A stretch of DNA of 24,135 bases, from positions 74,654 to 98,788 of the IMG/VR virus record IMGVR_UViG_3300009826_001457. One strand, given 5' to 3'. Shown here piece after piece: positions 8,144-16,407 of this stretch. This DNA comes from a virus. A model generated the notes under the pieces. That model was not told where the DNA came from. It saw only the letters and a list, made by a program, of their open reading frames with translations, and did not search any database. Both the position numbers and the translations under genes were made by a program. The first letter of the stretch is position 1, and each line of letters opens with the position of its first letter.

Positions 8144-8452
8144 ATGATACCCACAACCTATATTTACATTCTAAAGCGTTCAAATGGGTTCTACGGAGTT
8201 TATGTAAACGGAAAGCAACAGGAACATCTTAAAACGAATTCCCCGCTTAGTATGCCTGCCAAATATCTGATAGATAAAGTGCTACATGAAATGAAAAAGA
8301 TTGTTGGCCCAATTACTATATTGTTTACTGATGATGAGTCGGAATTTCAAAATGACTTGCCTAAACTTGAAGACATTGTTTGAAAGGCAATATCAGCATA
8401 CCCCGAAAGCAAACACTGCAATGAATTGGCTGAAGAAGCCGTACCATATTAA
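8144..8452 (+). pseudogene. ORF interrupted by an in-frame TGA (8381-8383) whose continuation resembles the RNase H C-terminus
   Basis: RBS AAAGGAG; after the TGA the frame reads KAISAYPESKHCNELAEEAVPY*, versus rnhA [22 protein letters not shown]; same TAA-A-TCACATT junction to the next cassette. Confidence 0.55.
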
Positions 8453-8453
8453 A

Positions 8454-8730
8454 TCACATTTACTTTGGATAACTTTATCTATTGATAAGGTGCTTTGCGG
8501 TTTTACCCAAAGTTTCAAAAAGTCAGCGAGTGGAACACGCCGTAGCTATGGCCACGGTCCTGGAAATCCGGATACATGAAGGAACGACAGGTGTGGAATA
8601 ATCCTCAGAAACCTTAGTTTCCACCTTTTCGTCTTTCTCGCCGACAGCCCAAATCCTAGTGCAGTAGAATGCCGGTAAGCTTCAGAACACTACGGCATCT
8701 CTGGCTTGCTCATGCAGAAGGCAAATGTGA
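8454..8730 (+). ncRNA. Retron-like msr/msd cassette 8
   Basis: IR TCACATTTAC (8454-8463)/GCAAATGTGA (8721-8730); conserved head; TGCAGA motif. Confidence 0.78.
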
Positions 8731-8772
8731 ATCAGTAAATATTACTTGAAAATGTGAACAAGGAGTGAACTC

Positions 8773-9054
8773 ATGGAAAATTATATTTTACAATTCAATT
8801 TTGAAACGGGAGATACACCGCCATGTGCATATCACCAAGTCTATGTCGTGGTGAAAAGCCAAGGCTACCCGGACTTCGAGAGCCTTGAAGATTCCATTAT
8901 ATCTTACTTTGAAAGCAACTTTGACAGCAACAATGATAAAGATTTGGAGTATAAAGACAATGTTGAGGACATTATGCGGGAATCGGGCATGAACTGGGAG
9001 TTTGCACGAGGCTCATTCCCAGAAAGTAAAGCAATACATTCTTTATGGATATAG
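8773..9054 (+). CDS. Hypothetical acidic protein
   Basis: 93 aa ORF with RBS AAGGAG. Confidence 0.75.
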   Translation: MENYILQFNFETGDTPPCAYHQVYVVVKSQGYPDFESLEDSIISYFESNFDSNNDKDLEYKDNVEDIMRESGMNWEFARGSFPESKAIHSLWI

Positions 9055-9083
9055 TGAATTAGCGATTCTATTTAAGAGGAGAT

Positions 9084-9548
9084 ATGCACATGATTAAATA
9101 TGTTGCCACGGTGTTCTTTATGGGCATTGGTAATGAAATTATTAATATTAACGCAGCAAACTATGATGCGGCGTTTAAGCTGCTATTTAATTATTATCTT
9201 GATAAGGGCGACCGCTTGGGACATTGGCTAGATGACAACGGTGAAAACGCCGGTGACTTTAACGATATAGATGGTCAGTACGAGGACGAGCATGGTTGGA
9301 GTTGGCATATTGAAGAAGCGGCTAAAATTAAGACAATTGGCGAAGTAAACATACGTAAAGAAATATTCTGTGGATGGACGACAGCAGATGCAATGAGCAA
9401 GTATCCGACACTTACTGAGGCTCAGGCATACGAGATTATGTCATTCGTTGACAAGCACAAGGATTATGACCAGGGAGTTACATGGGACAGCATCAAGTAT
9501 GCAATGGAAACCCTGTACCCGAATTTAATTAATAAACAGCACCAATGA
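9084..9548 (+). CDS. Hypothetical protein
   Basis: 154 aa ORF with RBS GAGGAG; start may be 9090. Confidence 0.75.
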   Translation: MHMIKYVATVFFMGIGNEIININAANYDAAFKLLFNYYLDKGDRLGHWLDDNGENAGDFNDIDGQYEDEHGWSWHIEEAAKIKTIGEVNIRKEIFCGWTTADAMSKYPTLTEAQAYEIMSFVDKHKDYDQGVTWDSIKYAMETLYPNLINKQHQ

Positions 9549-9641
9549 AATTATAACTTAGGCGATGCATAGATAAAATGGTTAATATGTCTGAAATGAT
9601 ATGTGATTAATTTACTAATTAATGAAAGGATCTTGTGGCCC

Positions 9642-10172
9642 ATGACGCGAAGAAGAGTTATTTTCTATTGCCCTGACAGCAAGAAACTATATATGACCCC
9701 GGAATTCAATGGCGATAAAAGCGAATACGCCGCGAGAGGGACTAGCAACGATTCCTGTGATAAGAACTGGGATGAAATTATGCAAGATTTTCATGGGGTT
9801 GCTACGCTATCACAGTTTAATCAAGCGAATGAATCCGCGCAGGCTGCCTATCATTCCTGCTTCGGAAATGTAGTATTACCTATCGATAGCTTGGACAGAT
9901 CTTTAGTCCGATGCGATATAAAGATATATCTTAATACCGAAGCAATGCTTCACTACTTCTATTTATTATATCAGCTTGATTGGACAGGGGTACGCGGATA
10001 CAACATAAACGACTATGATGATGAACATGGCTTTGAAGGTGAATCGTGGGTATGCTTTGAGGAGTTCATCGGTGCCGAATTCACAGACAAAGAATATATG
10101 CGAGTTATTTTGGACAATAATGACTTCGCCCTTTGGTGTACACACCTCGGGCTTTCTAACGAGGGGGAATGA
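9642..10172 (+). CDS. Hypothetical phage-like protein
   Basis: Long ORF; probable ATG 9642 after AAAGGA (ORF track starts 9603). Confidence 0.7.
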   Translation: MTRRRVIFYCPDSKKLYMTPEFNGDKSEYAARGTSNDSCDKNWDEIMQDFHGVATLSQFNQANESAQAAYHSCFGNVVLPIDSLDRSLVRCDIKIYLNTEAMLHYFYLLYQLDWTGVRGYNINDYDDEHGFEGESWVCFEEFIGAEFTDKEYMRVILDNNDFALWCTHLGLSNEGE

Positions 10173-10173
10173 A

Positions 10174-10368
10174 ATGAAATGTTCATGCGGTAGCGATAAA
10201 TTTTATGGTCGTCAAATAATCCGCGCAGACATTGTAGTTGATGAAACAGGCAGTTTTTACAGCAATATTAAAGATGGCCTGGAAAGCGCGATTTATGATG
10301 CCGGCAAACCCTATGGGCCCTTCAACTGTACCAGATGCAATAAGGAATACAATAAAATAGATTTATAG
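10174..10368 (+). CDS. Small zinc-ribbon protein
   Basis: ATG 10174 after GAGGGGG; MKCSCGS...CTRC. Confidence 0.7.
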   Translation: MKCSCGSDKFYGRQIIRADIVVDETGSFYSNIKDGLESAIYDAGKPYGPFNCTRCNKEYNKIDL

Positions 10369-10419
10369 CACCACGACAAATGTTAACGGAATGAACATGA
10401 CAAAGAAGGAGATGGTTAT

Positions 10420-11148
10420 ATAGACGAACAAAAGCGGAAGTATATCGATGATTTTGATAAATATCGCCTCGAACTTGATGATATCTTTGCATTCAAGTGT
10501 CGCTCATGTGGTAAATGTTGCAGGAACCGAGAAGACATCTTGCTCAACTCCCGCGATGTATATAACATTGCCACCGCTCTTAATCTAACACATAATCAAG
10601 TTGTCAATATGTATTGTGACCGCTATATCGGAAGTGATTCACGCATTCCGGTACTCCGGCTCAAGCCTCAAGGTGCAAATAGGGTATGTCCATTACTTAA
10701 AAACGGTCGATGTTCTGTTCACATGTTGAAACCAACAGTCTGCGCTACCTTCCCAATCGGAAGGATTTTTAAATCAGAAAATACTCCAGCAGAACTTGGA
10801 TTGGGTAGCCCTGATGAAGTTGCTTATTTCAATAATGGTGCCACATGTGGCTCCTCAAAGAAAAAGCAAACCGTCCGCTCATGGCTAGAGAGTTTCGGCA
10901 TACCAACTAATGACCATTTCTTTTTTATGTGGAATAAAACCGCATTTAAGCTTATTAAAATAATCAGTCAGTATGAAGGCAAGGAAGGTATAACAGATAA
11001 GGCCATGAATACGATGTGGAATGCAATATTTTCAGCTTTTTACTTTGATTATGAAACAAGCAAAGAATTTTATCCGCAATTTGAATCCAATGTGGCGAAG
11101 CTAATGAGCTTCTTTGTGAATCTGAGTATAGTATCTTATCCTCAATGA
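10420..11148 (+). CDS. YkgJ-family cysteine-cluster (CxxCxxCC) protein
   Basis: Frame stays open upstream of the track start 10540 and contains FKCRSCGKCC, then CPLL...CSVH..KP.VC..FP; the only start near the AAGGAG RBS is ATA 10420. Confidence 0.8.
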   Translation: MDEQKRKYIDDFDKYRLELDDIFAFKCRSCGKCCRNREDILLNSRDVYNIATALNLTHNQVVNMYCDRYIGSDSRIPVLRLKPQGANRVCPLLKNGRCSVHMLKPTVCATFPIGRIFKSENTPAELGLGSPDEVAYFNNGATCGSSKKKQTVRSWLESFGIPTNDHFFFMWNKTAFKLIKIISQYEGKEGITDKAMNTMWNAIFSAFYFDYETSKEFYPQFESNVAKLMSFFVNLSIVSYPQ

Positions 11149-11171
11149 AATAGCATGTTAGGAGGCATAAT

Positions 11172-11426
11172 ATGAGCTATTGGAGTGAAATCGTAAACAA
11201 TCACGAAGAAACTGATTTTAATATTGCTGAAGACGGCGCTGTTTCCAAAATAATCTATATTGATGCATGGAGGCCAGGGTGCGACCAAGGAGCTGTAATA
11301 GCAACGGTCATTTTAACCGAATCGGGGGATGTATGTATTATATACAGGGACAACATAGCCAGAACTAATGCATATGCCCAAGAAGTTATTCGAACTACTG
11401 TCGCTAAAATAAAAGAAGCTGCGTGA
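11172..11426 (+). CDS. Hypothetical protein
   Basis: 84 aa ORF with RBS AGGAGG. Confidence 0.75.
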   Translation: MSYWSEIVNNHEETDFNIAEDGAVSKIIYIDAWRPGCDQGAVIATVILTESGDVCIIYRDNIARTNAYAQEVIRTTVAKIKEAA

Positions 11427-11553
11427 TATGAAGATGAGTTGACTAATCATCTGCTTTACACATTGCTTGCCATATACTTAATAAAACACAAGTAACAAGC
11501 AGCCCTACATGATCTATCATTAAATGACATGCAAACAAGCTATAACACAATGG

Positions 11554-11579
11554 GGCTGTGTACATATAATTACACAGCC
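11554..11579. promoter_or_regulatory. Inverted repeat with TATAAT in its loop, upstream of ardC (operator/promoter candidate)
   Basis: GGCTGTGTA (11554-11562)/TACACAGCC (11571-11579); TATAAT at 11565-11570; no good -35 seen. Confidence 0.35.
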
Positions 11580-11605
11580 TCTCTTAATTTGAAGGGGGAA
11601 TTATC

Positions 11606-12469
11606 GTGGCACAAACGACTGTTTATGAAATGGTGACGCAGCGTATTATTGAACAGCTTGAAAAAGGTATAATCCCCTGGCACAAGCCCTGGGTAGGCAA
11701 TTCTGCTATAAACTATAAGACTCGTAAACCGTACAGGGGTATTAATCCCATACTTCTGCCTGAAGGCGGAGAATACTTATCTTTCCTTCAGTGCAAAGAG
11801 CTTGGCGGGAATGTTAAGCGTGGTGAAAAAGGACATATGATTGTCTTCTATAAAACATTGCAAGTGGAAGACGAGAATAATCTCGGAGAACAAAAAGATA
11901 TTCCCTTTTTGAGATATTCAAAAGTCTTTCATATAACCCAATGTGAGGGGATTGAATCGAAGACACCTCCCCTTAATGTAAATCCTGATATTGTTCCCAT
12001 TGAAAAAGCACAGACTATCGTAGACAGTTACTGTAAGCGTGTCGGGGTTAAAGTGAGGCATGTTTTAGGCAGTGACCGAGCTTATTATGCTCTAGGGTCT
12101 GATGAAATTACACTGCCGGATATCTGTCAGTTTACATGTGCATACGAATATGCAAGCACATCCTTTCACGAGGCTGCACATTCAACAGGACACCGCTCCC
12201 GCTTAAACAGAAAGGTCGGCGCATCATCTTTCGGGAGTCATGTGTACAGCAAAGAAGAATTATGTGCCGAAATTGCAAGTGTAATGTTAATGAATAAAAC
12301 CGGCATAGAGTTGCCAGAGACGTTTGATAACAGTGCGGCTTATATAGGAAGTTGGCTGAAGAAACTAAAGAACGATAAAACATTTATCATAGCTGCCAGC
12401 AGTCAGGCTCAAAAAGCTGCCGACATGATTCTTGGAGTTAGCGCCAGTGAATCAAATGCTGCGGCATAA
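11606..12469 (+). CDS. ardC: ArdC-family ssDNA-binding antirestriction protein with zincin-like domain
   Basis: VTQRIIEQLEKGIIPWHKPW, YRGIN, GGNVKRGEKG, HEAAHSTGH, YSKEELCAE, AAYIGSW. Confidence 0.9.
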   Translation: MAQTTVYEMVTQRIIEQLEKGIIPWHKPWVGNSAINYKTRKPYRGINPILLPEGGEYLSFLQCKELGGNVKRGEKGHMIVFYKTLQVEDENNLGEQKDIPFLRYSKVFHITQCEGIESKTPPLNVNPDIVPIEKAQTIVDSYCKRVGVKVRHVLGSDRAYYALGSDEITLPDICQFTCAYEYASTSFHEAAHSTGHRSRLNRKVGASSFGSHVYSKEELCAEIASVMLMNKTGIELPETFDNSAAYIGSWLKKLKNDKTFIIAASSQAQKAADMILGVSASESNAAA

Positions 12470-12643
12470 AAGATAAGCAGAGGTATTTTATGATGAAGGA
12501 GAGAATAGGCCGTTTTATGATAGCCTTAACGAAATCCGCAAGGCTTTCCCAAATGTGGTAATGGATTTATCCCTTAGATATCAATAAAATCGCCTTTTTG
12601 CAGCACAACATACAGGAGTGATAACCATGAAAGGAGCTGTTGT

Positions 12644-12958
12644 GTGAGCATAGTAAGAAAAATTATGGAGCGCGTATGCACAAAAACGGTAATCCTAAAA
12701 TCTAGCAGCAACTGGGACATACATCTCGGAAGTAATATGAGATGCTACAGCATGGCAACAAATTCTCAATGCAACGACTCGTTTTATGGTGATTTGGAGC
12801 ATTTTGTGCGAACAGTTTATCAATGCGACCAGGTGTATAAACACAAATGTGCTTTAGATGACCTAACGGATATCGGAAAAGAACTTTATGCCCTTTGGCT
12901 AGGCGGTGCAACAAAGGATGTTTTATATGATTATTCGAAATCGTATTTTAATGTATAG
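12644..12958 (+). CDS. Hypothetical protein
   Basis: GTG start with RBS AAAGGAG. Confidence 0.65.
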   Translation: MSIVRKIMERVCTKTVILKSSSNWDIHLGSNMRCYSMATNSQCNDSFYGDLEHFVRTVYQCDQVYKHKCALDDLTDIGKELYALWLGGATKDVLYDYSKSYFNV

Positions 12959-13004
12959 CAAGATATAAAACAAGTCATTGATTTTTATATGTAAAGGAGA
13001 AGTG

Positions 13005-13295
13005 ATGACTAAACAACAATATGAAACATTTGGAAACGACCAATTTTTAACCGATGAAGAGAAAGAAAAAATGAAGGAGTTAAACTGTAAAAGCGAGTAC
13101 TGCTTGAGCAAGGGCCAAATGACTGCGCTCATGCGAAGACATAGAACCGCCAGGAGAAAGGAAGAGTATAGAGAAATGGCGCTAATTGAATATCGTCTCA
13201 CCGATACAAATTTTCATGCATTTTGTGGATTCCTTTGTAACGGGGATTACAAAAGCGCAAGAGATGTAGTAAGGCATATTTTTTGCAAAGAGTAA
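13005..13295 (+). CDS. Hypothetical protein
   Basis: ATG 13005 after AAAGGAG (track starts 12978). Confidence 0.7.
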   Translation: MTKQQYETFGNDQFLTDEEKEKMKELNCKSEYCLSKGQMTALMRRHRTARRKEEYREMALIEYRLTDTNFHAFCGFLCNGDYKSARDVVRHIFCKE

Positions 13296-13327
13296 AATAA
13301 AACACGGGTTTTAATATAACTGGAGGC

Positions 13328-13657
13328 ATGAAAATGGGAAGTAGCAAAAGTAATATACAGCTAAAGCAAGGGTTAATAAAAGCCTATGAATTTACAGATG
13401 ATTTTTATAAAGCAAACAAGATGCTATGCAATAAATTCATCAAGCATTACGATAAAATATTCGATGGTGTGGCTAGTATGTACGATGCAAAGCAAAAAAA
13501 CAGGCATAATGAAGCAATAAAAATAGAGCTGGTAGAGCTGCTAGATAAGTTCTATGACCTTGGTGTGAGGATATGGAATGGTTTCGATAACAAAACTTAC
13601 GGATCAAAAGAGGAATATCGTGACTATGTAATAAATTATGGATTAGATGAAACCTAA
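13328..13657 (+). CDS. Hypothetical protein
   Basis: RBS GGAGG; start 13328 or 13334. Confidence 0.7.
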   Translation: MKMGSSKSNIQLKQGLIKAYEFTDDFYKANKMLCNKFIKHYDKIFDGVASMYDAKQKNRHNEAIKIELVELLDKFYDLGVRIWNGFDNKTYGSKEEYRDYVINYGLDET

Positions 13658-13675
13658 CATAGAAGTAAAGGGGGT

Positions 13676-14038
13676 ATGAAAATGGCGCAAATAACCGTAC
13701 AGGAAATGGCAACCCTTCTAAGGAACATAGCATATTCGGATAATCAAACTCACGGATTGGATTGGTCTTTAAGTGTAGTCCATCCCAAAACCAACGACGG
13801 AGATGTGGGTTTTAGCGGCGGGATATGGCGTAACCATAATCATAGAAATAGCAAGAAAGATATACGTTTAAGCTTTTCGTTTTCGGAAACCAGGGGGATT
13901 CATCAGTTCATGTTTTGGAGAGATAAGAGCGAAATACGCTTCGACTTTATTGGCAAAGGTGGAAAAATTGGCTTCGAGAAATTTAAGGAGCTGGTCATCA
14001 AGGAATATGGAATAAAAGAACTATATCAAACTAAATAA
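13676..14038 (+). CDS. Hypothetical protein
   Basis: RBS AAAGGGGG; start 13676 or 13682. Confidence 0.7.
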   Translation: MKMAQITVQEMATLLRNIAYSDNQTHGLDWSLSVVHPKTNDGDVGFSGGIWRNHNHRNSKKDIRLSFSFSETRGIHQFMFWRDKSEIRFDFIGKGGKIGFEKFKELVIKEYGIKELYQTK

Positions 14039-14074
14039 TACACGAATGTTTATGGAATAGCAGGGGGGCATCAT

Positions 14075-14470
14075 TTGAAGAAAATAAAGCTGTCCGAGCG
14101 ACATCGCGATAAAATCATGGAGCATTGCAACAAACAAATTGATGAATCACATGACCGCGACCACCATCAATACCATTTATATATCACCGACAAGATACTT
14201 AATGGTGTATTTGATTGGATGGTTAAACACAAGCTAACAGTCAATAATAAAGGCGCAAGTTGGTACACTAGAAATGGAAAGAGAGTAATAGAAAGTTACG
14301 GCTATAGCGGAGGCTCTTCCGGAACGATTGACGATAAAGAGGAAATGCTATGGAAATTAGGACACGAGGTTTTTTGTGCGGCTGAGTACTTAGCAAGAAC
14401 AGTTAGGGAGGGCAAAGACTTGGCAAGACAATATTTCGGTAATGACTTCTATAACATTGCAGCAAAGTAA
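14075..14470 (+). CDS. Hypothetical protein
   Basis: TTG start with RBS AGGGGG. Confidence 0.7.
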   Translation: MKKIKLSERHRDKIMEHCNKQIDESHDRDHHQYHLYITDKILNGVFDWMVKHKLTVNNKGASWYTRNGKRVIESYGYSGGSSGTIDDKEEMLWKLGHEVFCAAEYLARTVREGKDLARQYFGNDFYNIAAK

Positions 14471-15009
14471 TACAGATCAGTGCATACTATCTATCTAAGC
14501 TATACCATCGAAGAGGTAAATAGGTTCTGCTGAAAAGCCTGTAGCACGCATAAATACTGGCCTTACAAGCATATAGTCCTACCCCAAAACACATACTTTT
14601 CACACATTTATAGCCAATATGGGGTGATGGGAACAAAACGCTAATCCAGTGTCTGTCGTGAAATAACATATAATGGGCAATCATTTCAACCCTAGCGCTA
14701 TTGAATACAAGTGTTTTAGCGTTCTTTCTGGCATGAAACGTCTATTGTTGTGTTCTATGATGCAGTTAATGACTTTTTCAGCAGGCCCTAAATATGTTTA
14801 TAAAAGGAATGCTTGTTAGCCCACATGATACTGCACTTATTTCTGGAGTCGGCACATTAGTTACCCTTGCCAATGATGACTCCCCAGGCACAACAGAAGA
14901 ATGGATTGTTAATTTTGGTGATGGGGTTGGCACTTGCACTGTACACATAAACGACATGGAGCCATGCCTATCTTTGCCTGTAATACAAGGTTTTAATGGA
15001 GGACATTCG

Positions 15010-15333
15010 ATGTGCAAAATTGAGAAGTTAAATAATAAACTGTCTAACGACTACAAGCGATATCGCGAAAAGGCACTTGAAGCCGACAAGGAGACACTGT
15101 TAAACAACTCCTACTATCACGCTATATGCGGAGAGTGGCAATGTTATCTTGAGAGTTGGTTTGGTGATGGCAATGGTTATGGAGGATTCGAGGAAAGAGT
15201 TATAAACATATTATTAACACAAGACAATATCTTCGATGCATTAGTGGGCTACTTGAGGAATAAAGACTCAATAATCCTTAGCTCAGACGCTTTTCATGGA
15301 TACTTAGAGGAGTTTGCCGCAAGAGTCACATAA
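15010..15333 (+). CDS. Hypothetical protein (weakly DUF3848-like)
   Basis: ATG 15010 after GGAGG within the track ORF 14794..15333; helical KLSNDYKRYREKAL...LLNNSY; family call is from memory and weak. Confidence 0.6.
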   Translation: MCKIEKLNNKLSNDYKRYREKALEADKETLLNNSYYHAICGEWQCYLESWFGDGNGYGGFEERVINILLTQDNIFDALVGYLRNKDSIILSSDAFHGYLEEFAARVT

Positions 15334-15661
15334 AACATGTTACACAGAGTTCGGAGGAGCGCAGTTGGTGAACTATTATGATATTTACCCAAGCATATTT
15401 ATTATAGCTACAAACAGGCATGGCGTGATGTGTTATTACAGCAACCACGGCAGCTTTCACGGGGCGGATGAAGTAATATGCTATACAGATAAATGTAATG
15501 CCAAGGTTTTTTACGCGAAAGATGAAACGGAGGACTTCATTAAAGAACAGTTGCCAGAATGGAGTCGATTTTCACATTTTTCCGTAGAGATAAAAGGCTT
15601 GGAACTAGCGGCCAGATATCCACAACTATTGTTGAAAATTCTCACATTGGTTTGTGTATGA
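15314..15661 (+). CDS. Hypothetical protein
   Basis: ORF; true start probably 15365 or 15368 after GGAGGAG. Confidence 0.55.
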   Translation: MPQESHKTCYTEFGGAQLVNYYDIYPSIFIIATNRHGVMCYYSNHGSFHGADEVICYTDKCNAKVFYAKDETEDFIKEQLPEWSRFSHFSVEIKGLELAARYPQLLLKILTLVCV

Positions 15662-15822
15662 ACCTATATACATCAATTAACTTTTATATAAAGGAAGGGA
15701 TTGGATGGGATGGATATTCTATAATGCGAACCATTACTATAGTTTTGATGGTTATATAGTGGTAGTTGTGAGCACATAAAGGCAATATTACCTTGGCTAA
15801 CATATGAAGTGGAGGAAACATA

Positions 15823-16386
15823 GTGAAGGAAGACATTAAATATGTGGTAGGAGAGAAGCTTACCCCAAGCACGGTTTCTATCAAAGTTGTAGGGTATAGC
15901 GGTACATGGTACGTTATAAATACGAAGGTTCACAATGGCACAAATGTTTTTCTTCTGGAGCATGAGCAGCGGGGTGATGAAGCCTCATGTTTAATTGCAG
16001 ATGAAAATTGCTATGTGCTACGTGATGAAGTATGGAATGGATTTGATGACTTAGAAATTGCAGATGAGTCATCAACAATTGCAGAAACAAATACAAACGA
16101 TACAACATCGTCGGATGAGTCAGTGGATAAAATGCATATAGATCTCGGCTTCGCAAACCTTGTAGTTGAAAAATATGACGGCGATAGTTCTATGCATGAG
16201 TTTGTCATAATGCTTGTGGATAAGGAAACAGGACTTGCTATACAAGATATTGCGTTGGTTCGACAGGCTATCAATGCAAACAACGGAGAAATAATACCTG
16301 AGGCTGTAGACTGTATTGTGTGGGCAGATTCAGGTGCTGAGGATTATACGGATAAGTTCTTCATCAATTGCTACAAGCCCGACTAA
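15823..16386 (+). CDS. Two-domain hypothetical protein, possibly polyvalent-protein-associated
   Basis: GTG start with RBS GGAGG; N-terminal GTWYVI...FLLEHE..GDEA..I.D...V..EVWNGFDDL domain, S/T/D-rich linker, acidic C-terminal domain. Confidence 0.7.
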   Translation: MKEDIKYVVGEKLTPSTVSIKVVGYSGTWYVINTKVHNGTNVFLLEHEQRGDEASCLIADENCYVLRDEVWNGFDDLEIADESSTIAETNTNDTTSSDESVDKMHIDLGFANLVVEKYDGDSSMHEFVIMLVDKETGLAIQDIALVRQAINANNGEIIPEAVDCIVWADSGAEDYTDKFFINCYKPD

Positions 16387-16407
16387 AGTGAATAAGTTGT
16401 TGAAAGA

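Noticed and set aside
8381-8383. Genome-wide TGA recoding
   Set aside because: TGA ends other genes normally (for example Ubl at 319-321 and the E2-unrelated cargo genes), and long genes are uninterrupted under the standard code.
8301-8579. ORF 8301..8579(+)
   Set aside because: Overlaps both the 8144 ORF and the head of cassette 8; no RBS.
5203-8730. CRISPR array
   Set aside because: The conserved blocks are ~65 nt with ~200 nt variable cores and a second conserved end; spacing is irregular, genes are interleaved, and no cas genes are present.
3263-8730. MITE/IS family based on the terminal inverted repeats
   Set aside because: No target-site duplications or transposase seen; interiors differ in sequence; the IR sequence differs between units while pairing is kept; copies cluster only around the RT.
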